A stretch of DNA of 62,512 nt, the filler included, from Choristocarpus tenellus KU-1152 (taxonomy: Eukaryota > Protista > Phaeophyceae): NCBI GenBank assembly GCA_964200185.2. It is 13 parts of 13 records of this genome, joined end to end, with 100 filler letters (N's around TTAATTAATTAA, not from the genome) between each part and the next. Parts side by side here need not be neighbours in the genome. Positions count along the whole stretch, not along the records: positions 47,291 to 50,995 come from CAXNAD020018411.1; positions 51,096 to 54,357 come from CAXNAD020021182.1; positions 54,458 to 59,529 come from CAXNAD020011971.1; positions 59,630 to 62,512 come from CAXNAD020023947.1; 9 more parts are not named here. One strand, written 5' to 3'. Below are positions 47,406 through 59,944 of the stretch, piece by piece; the stretch's first letter is position 1; each line of letters begins with the position of its first letter. The notes below the pieces were generated by a model. It saw only the letters and a list, made by a program, of their open reading frames with translations, was not told the origin of the DNA and did no database searches. The position numbers were made by a program, and so were the translations under genes.

Positions 47406-49996
47406 CTCTTTGACGGCCACATTGAAAACAGAGTCCGCTTCCTCCCTGGATGGCCCTTTCCAATCTCTTCGCATCACCCGGGTTTGGCCGGCTCCATTCC
47501 TGTCATCCATGTGGTGGTACACAAAAAAAATCGCACAATGGTGGTTGGAAAGTGCAAGTAGGTGGAGAGAGGGTAGGCAAGAGAACAGCTACTAGCCGTA
47601 TCAGTGTTAATGAGAGCCAAGGACAAGTATCGTGCTCTGACAATCATTACCGGACCAATCATTGGATGACCTTAATTGGCCTTCACTTATACACTGTACT
47701 GGAACTGCTACAGCATCAAGGGGTGTACCCAGCTCTCGTTTTCACACCATAAACTCCCGATCCTTTTCTTCAGACACACATTCCCTTGTCCATGATTGAC
47801 CCCAACTTTAATCCCCATTCCCAACGACCCATCACAATTTGACCTTGAAGTACTGCCAAGCCCACCTCTCATCTGCTGGGGATGTCTTTGGCCGCCTGGA
47901 ATCTATCTTTTCTTCCATGTCCAGCCCAACCCCGTAAGCTGTCCTGGGTCTTTCTTGTGGTGGAAACTTTGATCCCACTGCTTGCTCTTTGTGAGCTTGG
48001 CGCTGTCTCCAAGTTGGAAGTTTGTTGGCAATAGTGTAGCAATCTGCAATAAATGGTTTCCATCGATCTTCCCCCTCTGAGGTAGGGTTGGAGCCTTGAT
48101 AGAGAGATCATTTTTTTCATGCCAATGGAGAGAGAAGGAAGCAAAACAGGTGAGACGTGATGTTGCCAACTCAAGAGTTGGAGGCATCATTGGGGGGAGC
48201 TTGGAGTCTTGGCAGTGAGATAAGAAAATGTCCAATCATACTCCCAGAATTTACTGATCCTTCCAAAGGCAAACCAATAGGGACCAGGCGAAAACAAGAC
48301 CAACCACAACAGAAAAAAACATAAGCGTCCCTTGGGGGAGCGTGTTTGTGTGTGTGTGTGTGTTAGGGTCAGGGGATGACAACCCTTTGTCAAAACAAGT
48401 AGCGCTAAAAGCACAGAGGTGAAGCTCCCATAGGTGTCTTCATGCTCATGTCAGGGCCTCAGAGTGAATAATGAGTGCAGAGAGAAGAGATTTAACAACC
48501 GACATTTGGCTCCAAATATGAGTTCTTCTACACACTTTGAATGCTAGCATTATGGAGGATTCTAGTGGAATACATAGGTTGATTGGCACATGTGCATGCA
48601 CACATGTGTACAAGGTAACAGTGATTTCTTATTCAGCTGACAGTTATTGGGTACTCAATTTGCAAAGCCTCTCAACGGATATACCTCAGCACATCAAAAA
48701 TACTACATAAGGGAATTGGAGCTTTGTGTTATAATTTTGTGGAATGAGCCAACACCAATGGTGTTCGTGGAGAGTACATTTGAGGCCAACTAGGGAGGGC
48801 AAACCTAATGAAGCATGACAAAAGTGTGCTTCAGGTGCCGGTTAGGTAGAGAAATTAAGTGCATCCCCCACAAAATCTTCAATATATTTCTCCAAGGTCT
48901 TCGGCTGAGGCTCAAAGTATCTGGGAGGGGGTAGCGACTGTCCAATTGGGGTCAATTTTTTCATGTCACAATTTTTGGGTGATTTGGTTGCATACGTCGG
49001 GTGGATACTCTAAATGCGCTTTTCCTGGTTTTGGTCCAAATGGACACCCGAGTGTAGACCCCCCCCCCTCTCCCAGATACTTTGGGTCTCCTCACACACT
49101 GAGAACATTTAATACACAATTCAGAGCATTAAAAAAATAATAACGCCTGCTTGCTACATGTGGTACACATACCCACACAAGAACTGGTTGCCATCCTCCC
49201 CAACAAGGCCCGCATTGACAAGTCCAACTGCCTCCTCCCTTGTTTTTGAGGAATAATAGTTCTTGGATGTTATTCTCTCCTTCCACTTCTTCGATGGACA
49301 CCCATACTTCCATTTCTTCTGTATTGCCCCCTCCGTATGGACGCTTCCCTGCGTACCAGCTTCCCCATCTGAAGCCTCAATATGAGCTTGTGCAACCGTA
49401 GAGTACAGAGAGTGAAACTTCTTGGAGGAAGTCAACTGCGAATCCCCAGACCCCAGTGAAGACCCCTCCTTCCCAGAAGCACCCAATCTTGCAGCTCCAT
49501 TGGTAGACCCTGAAACCCAAGTCTTCCTGCTCCTCGAATTCTCAGGTGTATCCCCCAATACACAAGAATTGGGCTTTGAGACTACACCATCCTTCCCAGC
49601 AGTTCCCCCATCCTTCCTTGTCCCAGCCCCCCTTTGTGTGGCTGGACCCCCTTTGTTTCCCCTTCCCATACCCTCGCTTCCTCTCTTTGCTATACCTTTG
49701 CCCTTATTATTAGCATCCCTCTTCATTGTTACCTCCTCCGTTGTTGGTCCCGTGATCCAAGACAATCCCCTGGGCGACTTGGCCTTGTTGGAACCCATTG
49801 GCATCATTTTCCCCTTTCCTGCACCTCCCCCCTTGCCCTTATCTTGCATAGGTGGCTCCATTGGATACCACCCTACCACTGTCCCTGCCCCTGCCCCTGC
49901 CCCTTCCTCTTTCCCTCCAGTAGCCTTCACAATTTCAGGCTCTACAGGCGTTCCCTTTTTTCCATCCTCAGGTGCACCAGAGAAGTTCCCTCTGCC
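47406..49996 (-). CDS. Unknown multi-exon gene, Gly/Lys-rich low-complexity protein (internal exons)
   Basis: Open exons 49996-49173, 48094-47866 (EDRWKPFIADCYTIANKLPTW) and 47499-47406 with AG/GT ends. The last two are phase-compatible; the first junction needs a further exon. Confidence 0.55.
48909..49088 (+). mobile_element. MITE family A, complete
   Basis: GGCTCAAAGTATCTGGGAG...CTCCCAGATACTTTGGGTC; no clean TSD. Confidence 0.9.
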
Positions 49997-50205
49997 CTGT
50001 TACCATGAAAAAGGCATTGGTTGGTTATTCAAACTACTTCAAATGATAAGAAGAAAGTCAGCATATTTTTCTTTAAACTTGAGGTAAACCAGCTACAACA
50101 ATTGTCCAACACAACAGAAGCTATCATTTGCACTAGAACACAAGGTGCCTTGAAACAAGCATGAAAGAGTTGCATTCATCCCTGGATGCAAAACAGGCGA
50201 GTATT

Positions 50206-50464
50206 GAGTGAAAGTATCTAAGAGGGTATGAGTTTTTCCCTTTTTGTACATTTGGGGCTTGGCTTCCTGTGGGATCTTTTATGACATTTTCCTACTCTAA
50301 AATGTTTAGGAGTCGGTAAAGTGTGTATGTTACAAAGAGGTGTGCCCGGAACATGGATATTGACACTTCCTAACAAAGACGATAGCCAAAATTTCATCAA
50401 AATCACGACATTGGATTTTGGCCCCTTAATGGACGCGGCTCTACCCTCTAAGGTACTTTGGCTC
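50206..50464 (+). mobile_element. MITE family B, complete, TSD ATT
   Basis: GAGTGAAAGTATCTAAGAGGGTA...TACCCTCTAAGGTACTTTGGCTC; flanks ATT/ATT. Confidence 0.92.
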
Positions 50465-50800
50465 ATTGCTTCAACAATAGTTGCATGTGATCAATGCCGC
50501 AGCTTTTGAAAAGAGAGACACAGGAAGCAGCTGCTGGATAGTGAAGCTTGGCTATCATTGCCAATAGACAGAGATGATACATGTGCCAAGAAGGAAGCAA
50601 CATTCCAGTGTTAATTTGAGAACAATGTATTAGACCTTACAGGAAATTTTCCATTATATCAACTTGGACATTTTAATATAATGGGGGTGTGGTGTGAAGT
50701 AACGTGAAATAGTTGATTCCCCTTCACTGGTCAAGTATACCAATTGCTTGTCGTGCGTTTATGACCTGTAGGACATACCTTGGAACATGGTATATCAAGT

Positions 50801-50978
50801 GGCTCAAAGTATCTGGGGGGGGGGGGTGGCTGTCTATTTGGGGCCTATTTTTCCATGTTGCAATTTTTGGGTGATTTGTTTGTATGTGTTGGATGGATGA
50901 TGTAAGTGCACTTTTCCTGGTCAGGGTCCAAATGGACACACCAGTGTAGACCCCCCCCCCCTTCAGATATTTTGAGTC
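50801..50978 (+). mobile_element. MITE family A, complete
   Basis: GGCTCAAAGTATCTGGGGG...CAGATATTTTGAGTC; flanks AGT/TGT. Confidence 0.9.
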
Positions 50979-51095
50979 TGTTGTCCTACAAGGGTNNNNN
51001 NNNNNNNNNNNNNNNNNNNNNNNNNNNNNNNNNNNNNNNTTAATTAATTAANNNNNNNNNNNNNNNNNNNNNNNNNNNNNNNNNNNNNNNNNNNN

Positions 51096-51228
51096 GAACC
51101 AGATACGATGTGTTAAGACCATGTGCAGTAGGAATTGTACTGGTCCATGTCCACCGACTGAACCAGATACGATGTGTTAAGACCATGTGCAGTAGGAATT
51201 GTACTGGTCCATGTCCACAGGCTGAACT
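51096..51228. repeat. 64-bp tandem duplication at contig start
   Basis: GAACCAGATACGATGTGTTAAGACCATGTGCAGTAGGAATTGTACTGGTCCATGTCCAC occurs twice. Confidence 0.92.
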
Positions 51229-51849
51229 AGGTCCAACATGTCGAGATAATGTCCACTAGGTACTGTACCGGACCATGGTCAGACACAGACCTAGATCCAG
51301 GACAATTATTTGATAAGAGGTAATCAGAATGTTATGATCCTGAAAGAAACTGATCGTGATACAGACTATTATTGAATACATGCTGTCGATATTCCGTCAT
51401 CGGTAGATAGATTCCATCTCCTGGCGGTATACCTTGTAACACTGTAGTGTTTTAGTGATCACCGTAATTATCAGGGTGATCGGGCAGACTTGTCCTTGCA
51501 ATTGGAACTTTGTCTACTCTCCCCTCCCCTGCCCAGACCACGGATAACCTCGACCAGCGAGAATGACTCGTGACATCATTATGATGTCATTCCTTGTGGT
51601 ATACCGTATGCTGTGAATGTTACTTCGATAATAAATTTCAAATGTATGTATATATATATATATATATATATTTTTTATAAATAAAGGATAATATATTTCA
51701 AATGTATCTATTGAAATCAACGAAAGCATCGTGTAACTCGAAAGTATCCTACACTTCCAAAAATAAATAAATATATATATATATTTATTTATTTATTTTT
51801 TCTCACTTCTGAAGAGTGAATGGGTCGTCCGTGTGACGGTGTCTGACGT

Positions 51850-52370
51850 GACTGGTCTGTATGTTTTGTCGAACAAACACGTCTTCTAGCCACCCGGCCA
51901 TGGGTGAAATTTTCTAACATGACCAAGTCCGTGGCCGTCACCACAGCTTTGACATAGTCGGGGCTCCCAGTCGGCCCTTTACAACCAAGTTCAAATGTGG
52001 CTGAGCCCATGGCCATCCAACTGTTTCGACATGGCCAACCCACAGATGGGCCAGAGCCACATGGGCGAGGGTGGACATGTTAAGTTCCCCAGTCCAGTGA
52101 AATGGGCCTGATATTGCAATTACAACCTGTTTGGTCCCATCTATATACCAGTTTGTAATTCTAAGATGAACCCCCCTCGAATCCCACACATTTTTTTTTT
52201 GTTTTATTGTTTTGTGCAGTACTTCGATATGCTCAAGGACGTGGGCTCGAACAGTCATGCCGCTACAGTCTTCTTGCCCCACGCCCCTGAGAGCGTAGCA
52301 GGCATTCAGAGCGCCATGCGTGATGGATTCATGCAGGCGAGTGGAGCTTGGGGTCCGGCAGGGGTTGTCG
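51850..52370 (-). pseudogene. Degenerate OTU-like cysteine protease fragment
   Basis: ACYALRG...TVRAHVLEHIE and HWTGELNMSTLAHVALAHLWV (compare WGGELELxALAxxLxxxIxV). The catalytic DGNC is not recognisable. Confidence 0.4.
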
Positions 52371-53315
52371 CTGCAAGGAATATTTGAATTGAGGTCGCTT
52401 TTAAAGAGTTGTGTTTGCATTGAAAAAAAATGTTTAATAGTACCGTGTTGGCATCGCCCGCAATAAGCAAGAAGAGAGCGCTTGCCTGCTCTGGGGTTCG
52501 TTTGGTGATGCGTTTTGTCGTACCCTAGTTTGGTACTATTTTTTTTTTTGGGTGTGTGTGTGTGTGTGTGTGTTGGGGGGTTGGGTTTGAAATGTATCCG
52601 TCAACTGATTGAACCCCTCGAGTAGCCTTTGTTATGCCGTAGGTAGGGCGTTTGTGACGTGAGTCAAGAGCTTCTTGTGCGTGAAGTGAGGGAATGACTT
52701 TTGTTGGTGTGTTTTGTGTGTATGTTTTGGAGTTGGTAGTGGAGAGGAGGCAAACGACATACGTGCGTTTTGTGTTCATAGGCGAAGTGATTGTGGGTCT
52801 CATCTGCTTTTGGATGTGTGTGGAAAACTTATTTCTTAACCCCGAATCCACTGCCCTCTTGTACAGGGTCAGGCTGGTATCAGCAGCATGCCAAGCCAGC
52901 AAAAGATTGGGAGGTGATTTGATTGCGTACTGCAAGGTGATGATGGTGACATTATTATATAATGGCATGAGACATAAGAATGCGGAGGACAAGAGCAGTA
53001 TATGCATACATGTATGGGAGAGTTTATTTTCCAGTATATAACGTCATACCTTTTTTGTTGTATCCTGCTTGTATTTGTACCCTTCTGTTTTTTTGGCTTA
53101 GGTTGGGGTGGAGGTTACAGTTCTGGTTATGTGCACTACTCTACCTGCTGTGTATTGTACTTTGTTACATATTTGTATTTTACATGGTAATTGAAGGGCT
53201 TGTGGGTCAGAGAGCTTCAGAACATTCCTTTTCTGCTGCTTTGGTGAAGTGTTGTGCAACCACTGCTTTTTTTTTTTAATGCCCTCATTGTCTTCTACAG
53301 CTTTGGGGTTTTTTT

Positions 53316-53346
<31 letters not shown>

Positions 53347-54457
53347 AGGNNNNNNNNNNTTTTTATTTGTGTTCTTTTCCGTTTTGTGGTTTTTTTTGTT
53401 TTTTTTTAGATTTGTGTTTTTTGGGGGGAAGGTGGGGGTAGGTTATGGTCATGCTGAGTGTGCATGATGATTGGAAAGGTTTTTGGACCGAGCAAAAGTA
53501 TTTTCTGCTGCTTTGGTAAGGTGTTGTGCAACCATTGTAATATGCTTTTTGTTCTACATACTCTTTGTATTTTCAGGTTGGAGGGGAGAGGGGGAGAGGT
53601 TGCCGTTATGGTTATGGTTATGGTTATGCCCCCATTGCTCTTCCTACATTGGTTTGTATCCTCTTGCGATGTTTGAAGAGATTGGTACTGAAGTCTTTAT
53701 GCTGTTTCTGTTGATTTAGGGAAGGTAAGGTTTATGGGAACTTTGATGGAAGCCTTCAGTGACATCATTTTAGTAATCTTCAAAGGGCTTAAGGGCTTTG
53801 TTAGTCAAAGTTCTTCTGTGATTGGCTGCTTGGGTTCACAGAGAGGTCGCAGCTGATACTATTGTAGGATTGGGTTGAGAGATCATGGGCTGCCTATCAA
53901 CCCCAAAGACTACAAGATGTTCCATTGAAGCTGTATCCATGAAAGATGCTACACCTGGCAGTCACCACAATGAATATAGAGTTGTTTAGGAGGGGGAGGG
54001 CTTGTCTGACCCCACCTCAAGGTATCCACCCATGACTGCCGATAACTCCTGGGGTCTCACTCGCCTCTTCACTCTAACCTGCTCTCACCTCCTGCAAGAG
54101 GATTGCCATCAATCGTGCAGTGTAATGGCAGTGTGCAAGACAGAGTAGGGAGTTATACATGAAGAGTTCCTCCTAAGAATACACTGAAAACCGGGTTGAG
54201 TAGAGAGCTATCTTGCTGACACTCACTTGTCAGTGATGGGGGAGTAGTATATATGTTTGGTCAGCGTTGCATGTTTTTTTAAACTCTCTTTGTGCAGGGG
54301 GGGGGGGTGAAGATCAATAAACTAATTTAATTGTTATTTACTCAAATGACGGAATTTNNNNNNNNNNNNNNNNNNNNNNNNNNNNNNNNNNNNNNNNNNN
54401 NTTAATTAATTAANNNNNNNNNNNNNNNNNNNNNNNNNNNNNNNNNNNNNNNNNNNN

Positions 54458-54498
54458 CCCCATCACAAACCACCCCCCCCCCCTAGATACTTTGACTC
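54458..54498. mobile_element. MITE family A terminus abutting a mariner transposase remnant
   Basis: CCCCCTAGATACTTTGACTC. Confidence 0.7.
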
Positions 54499-54500
54499 TG

Positions 54501-54719
54501 AAGGTCATTAAGAAATAGTATGAGGAGTATGATGAAACCACACTTGAGAGGGCTTAGCAGCTCCTTTTTGTGGTGTACAATCAAGTACTTGGATACGAAG
54601 GGGGGAATGACTTCAGTGTGGAGCACACAGGGGTAAGGAAGAGGCAGTTGTCTGGTGAGCTTAAAAACACGCCGAAGGTAGACACGGAGGCTGATGCGAT
54701 TGTGATGGATGGAGAGTAA
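54501..54719 (+). mobile_element. Tc1/mariner (plant mariner-like) transposase C-terminal remnant
   Basis: YEEYDETTLERA*QLLFVVYNQVLGYEGGNDFSVEHTGVRKRQLSGEL (compare GGNxYxxPHxGKxKxxxxGxL); two in-frame stops. Confidence 0.7.
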
Positions 54720-55633
54720 TAATAATAAATGGAGCAGGCCCTAACCAGAAATTCGTCAAGGGTTCCAAATGATCTTTTCAGAAATGAATTTCATCATCTT
54801 CAAACGTTATGGACAACGCGGCACAGACTTATGGCACGGAGGTAGTATATACGTATTTATATTTGTGTGCATGTGTTTGTGTATGTTGGTTTTGGTTCTT
54901 TTTCCCTAACTATAGCTGGAATTCGACTTTTTTGAGACATAACTCCACCGATCCCCTACGTATGGTGCTTCTTCTCAATGATAAGAAATGATGCCATCTG
55001 GAAATGTCAAAGGATCATCACAACATGGAAAAAGAACCAACATACATGTACAAACACAGTTCCAGTAAAATATCAAAACTTGTGTTGATGAAGGACGTAT
55101 GTTGTACTACTACTGTTGAGATACTAATGGTCAAATCACCATTCTACGCAACTTTTGTGGCAGTATCTGTTGTAGTATTTGGCATTGGACGAGAGGTTAA
55201 GATGATCAAACGTGTGTGTTGGTAGAGGACGATATCTAGCTTGGTGTGAATACGTGATGTTAGTGTTACAAGGGGCTTTTGATCTCAATTCTATTGGCTG
55301 AACTTACGGGTTGAGAAGGGTGTAGAATAAGATGTGAGATTTGCAACGTCCACAGGGATAACCAGAAGAGATTGCTATGACTGGATCACATGTACTATAT
55401 ATGATACATAAACGAATAATCTAATATCAGGTCCCTACAATTCATGAGCGTAGGTTAAACCTCAACTAAAAATATATAGAAACACATATCTAGGTATACC
55501 TTTCCTAATCTACTCCACTGGTGGTGGTGTCTATAGTGTATCAGTGCTTCTATCCGAGAACACTACCTACTATTCTCAAGCACCCCACCCACCAACCACC
55601 CTTCACTCTATCATATACACGAGAAAAAGTAGC

Positions 55634-58600
55634 ATGACCAAAAGTCAAAATTGGGCAACTATGTCTCTTCAGCTTAAGGAATTGATACGAGACACACTCT
55701 CGAAGAGAATCGCCCTTGGGGACTTGTCCGCCCTGTATATGAAGAAACACAAAAGAACTCTTGGCCTTGGGGGACGGAAAATTCGTGATTGCATCTCGAA
55801 AGGGCTCATCACCGGTTTGGTGTATGACAGTGCAACAAAGAGTATCGCAATCGCCGATCATTCCTTGAACACGAACATATCTATTAAGAGTCCTGCTGGG
55901 CAGCAGGTGTCGAGTCCATCCCCATTGACCGCCAACTCGTCACCCAATTATAGCCTTATCCAAGACTTGAAGAGTATGGACGTGGTACTTGGACGTTTTG
56001 GGGTTCGGAGTTTACCTTTGGCCTTCCCGCAGGACTATGTGACCGTGGACCTGGACAGGGGTACAATCTTGGTGCTGAATCTGGGACACTTGAACTCTTT
56101 CAGGTAAGATATCGTCCATGCCCTTAGTCGAACTAGTTTTTCCTACGAGACTCTTACTAATACCGCCCTCCCTATCCTTAAAGTTGGTTGGTGCACATGG
56201 ACACAAGTATGAACTCAGGGTGATTGTCAATCCTTACTGGGAATCAAAAACCTGAGCAAATTGGTTTTAGGAGACTCCTCACATAGATTTTCCGTACGTG
56301 CATCTTTCCTCCATGACAACAAATTAGTTGATGTTCAGTCCAATCAGGAGTATTGTATTATTGTAGTTCTTTCTTTGTCAAGGAATTGTTGATGCCCTAC
56401 ATATATTCTCTGGCTAGCGAAGTAGTGACTCTCTTACGTTTCAACTATCGCCCTTCATGACCCATACCCCAACAGAACCCACCAACTTGAATTTTGAAAC
56501 ATATAACCTCTCCTCCTCCCCCATCCGACCTCAGAAGTATCATTATTCCACTTCTTCTACAGAATGTGACAAATCATTCTCTACCGTTTGGAGCCAAAGA
56601 AGTTCGTGACAACACCGTATTCAACCTAGCTTGGATGAGCCAGGTCTGGTGCAATTGATCACCATTTTCAACTTATTCAAGTTAAGAAACCTTGTGTCAA
56701 CAATGCAGCCCTGCGCCTTCCTGTGCATAATTACCTCTGTATACTATGCAATGCAGTGGTATAGTGCAGTGGCAACGTAAACCCTCACCGACTTGTCAGA
56801 TACTAATTCACCGGTACAATGCCTAGATCCTAACCCCCTCTCCCACAGGCCACCAAAGCTACGGCTTAGGGCACATGTTCCAAATTTCGTTTCGTGAGGA
56901 CCTTAGGACACCTCCCCATATATCCAAACTATCAACACTCTTATCTTTCTTTTGTATACAGACTTGGAGGTTTTATGAAATCAACTACTTCAACCATACC
57001 AAATCCTCAGATGACAGCACACTGGCTTCAGCCTCAGAGAGGTAGCAGGAATTCAGCCCCTGTCAAATCTCTGATATTCGATATTCCAGCACTGAGGAGT
57101 ACCACGGATGGGATGCATGTCATAGAAGAGCACCTCTGTCCGATCCTGACCAGCAAAAAAATAATCAAGGTGGGTATTAGGTGGAGAGAGTCCATACAAG
57201 TTTCTAATTAATCCTCTTGGATGAGTGTATCTTGCCTGGCATATCTCAAGAATAAAAAGGATACTATCTACAACACTGTCCTAAGTCTCCACTCCCTTGT
57301 AAGACCAACTGATGACGTGTCTAAACTTACGAAAGGAAAAAACTTGAGTCCTGGGGCAGACTCCCTGCTAGTCTAACTAAAATTTCTACTGTAAGATAGT
57401 GTGGAATATCCTGTAACACTCTGTTGGTGATAGTGGAGAGAGTGCACTTGGATGGGCGTACATCTACACTTGTACCACACTCCTATACACATGATGCTTT
57501 CAATTATAAACGCAACAGAGTTTTCAGCAATAAATTGCGTACTCTTCAAATGTCCAACCCCTAATCTTGACTCTACTACCATCCCAGTATTGTCCTCCTA
57601 ATCTTGGTTTGATTTCAAGACTTTGCTCTGACTTCAATGAAGGGGTGAAGTCTATGGCGTATGAAAAAGGTCCATACTCCCAGTCCTGATCTCGCCTACT
57701 GCATCTGTTGAACCCTTCTCCCCAGGTTCTTCATGACTTAACAAATGATGTAGTTGCACTGCAGCGCACCTTTGGGCCAGTAGCTAACTTAGTATCACCT
57801 CTAGACACACAACTTGTTTACGAAGCCATTGGAGGTGGCATGTTTCAGGGGCTGAACAAAACCATGGAAGCTTTTGTTGGAAAAGGAAACAGCTTCAAGG
57901 ATGCTGTCCGGAGGTAAGTATAGTTGCTTGCCATGATAACGATCGATGACCCACTTTTTTGCCATCCTGCAAATATGAGAATACTTATAGATTCAGAAAA
58001 TTAACATGTATGTGCGCATATTCTCCAAAACCAATGATGAGAACCGTGAGGTATGAGGCAAACCTATGAACAGCATAATGTTGTTCTGTGCATCCCTGTG
58101 CTTCTGTGGGATGATTTTTTGCATGGTGTATCTTAGCGGAGGTAGGCTGTGGTTCCAGAAAGAGTCTACGTTTTTATTGGTATCAATGCAAGTGTTCCTA
58201 CACTGACCAACTCATCTCTAGAACATATCCCTGCTCGTCTTCCTCAGTATTCATTCCAATCCCATAGATAAACTTCTACCCAATGCCTGTTGGCAATGCT
58301 TGTAAGTTCCACACTTGCTACCCCCACTTTGTGAATTTTGCAATAGCAACCTGGCAAAAGACGATGCAGTCTTCACAAAGCGACCCCTTGCAAGTCAACT
58401 CTTGGAATATGCTTCCCAAGACGTCATTTGCCTACTTTTGGTAAGTGAGTAGCTCTAATGTACAGTGCATTATGCTGCACAGGATACAGGTCCATTAGTG
58501 GGGAGAGAAGTCAACGCGTTTTCCTGGCTTAGCACTCTCATGGACATCTTAATACTTCTCATTTAATGGACTGTTGAAGGAACGATATCCTGTACTGTGT

Positions 58601-59529
58601 AACAATAGGAGAGCGTCCACACTATTGTTGAATCTTTCAACAGTATACATCGGTAGCTACCTTAGCTCTTCAACAACTATTCACCGTACTATCACTGTGG
58701 AAGTTCTAGGTTGTCTGCAAGATTTTAGCTTAAACTATTGCTACCAATACTGCTGTAAATTTGACCCTATATGGAATTATCTCGTTTTGATGTTTTTGAT
58801 GAAGGTATTCAAAAACATGAAGAAGAGGCTGATGGGGGTTGGCAAGTGGGAAGATGTGTTGCTTGCGTCACAGGTACTTGGAATTAAGCTTGGACAAATT
58901 TATTGAGTCATGCCGAGATTGAGGGGGTAAGGGGCTTTGCTCAGCGTGTGCATCCATCCTATTGGATCAGTGTAACATGAAGTCACAATGTTGTCATTTT
59001 TTTATTTTATGTAGTGGTGTTCCTCAGCCCTCTCAAGTACTGGTTCAGCACATGCCTCCTCGAACCGGTATGGTAAAGGAATTTGTCTCTCTTCAAAGCG
59101 TATCTGCTCTAGACTGCCTCATACACTCTCCAACATGACTTTGTTCAGAATATGAAGTGAGGTCATGAAGAGAAGAGAATGGAGAGAGAACATCGCGCAT
59201 GTTCACCAGGTGAAGACGGCATCGCAGGGCAGTATTTATGGTGTTTGTTAATTCAGGACATCTCTGACCTTGGATTGAGATCTTAACTTCAGGGTGTTGT
59301 TAATTCACTGACTTCAGGCCTTATAGTGAGGTGTAGAACATCCCTAATCCACATGAAAGTGCTGTAACGTGTATTCAGTGTACCTTCAATACTCACCTCA
59401 GCCTTACCTTCTGTTCCTCCCTATCGTGCGATGCATGGATGTGAACACAACCTGAAGCTCAAGAGTGATTTTGCAGCAACAGCACAGAGGGATGGATGGC
59501 GGCGTGTGGTAAACTTCCCCTCTGGGACG
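55634..59529 (+). CDS. EXD1/Egalitarian-like DEDDy 3'-5' exonuclease with LOTUS/OST-HTH-like N-terminus; frameshift in ExoI (pseudogene or assembly error)
   Basis: Exons 55634-56103 (VTVDL/frameshift/GYNLGAESGTLELFQ), 57011-57169 (LIFDI...LCPILTSKKIIK), 57726-57913 (VLHDLTNDVVAL...DTQL), 58347-58440 (KRPLASQLLEYASQDV), 58805-58873 and 59458-59529. Confidence 0.85.
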
Positions 59530-59944
59530 NNNNNNNNNNNNNNNNNNNNNNNNNNNNNNNNNNNNNNNNNNNNTTAATTAATTAANNNNNNNNNNNNNNN
59601 NNNNNNNNNNNNNNNNNNNNNNNNNNNNNCCTACCCTATCAGATACGCCGATCTGCATTTATCTATTTTCTCGGGCAAGTTGTTGGACTTGTAATACATT
59701 GCAGTGGGCGAACGGGGCAAGGGGTAGGTGGGAAGCGGTCGCGGGACACACGCGGCAGGCGGTAGTGAGCAACATGTTGCTGTCGACAGAAAAACCACGA
59801 GGGATAAAAAAGATCAACAGCTAAAAGATCAACAATTGGCTGACTGACGATGAACCAAACAAAGGAAACTCGGAAACAACTTGGTAGATCAGAAGAGTCA
59901 TCAGGCGATCATGGAATAACGACAACACTCCATCACCCACTGTT

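Noticed and set aside
49422-50087. Pro-rich plus-strand ORF
   Set aside because: Antisense shadow of the minus-strand exon, which has proper splice sites.
52525-53041. Overlapping ORFs with faint resemblance to viral repeat proteins
   Set aside because: No convincing motif or Cys/His pattern; unsupported.
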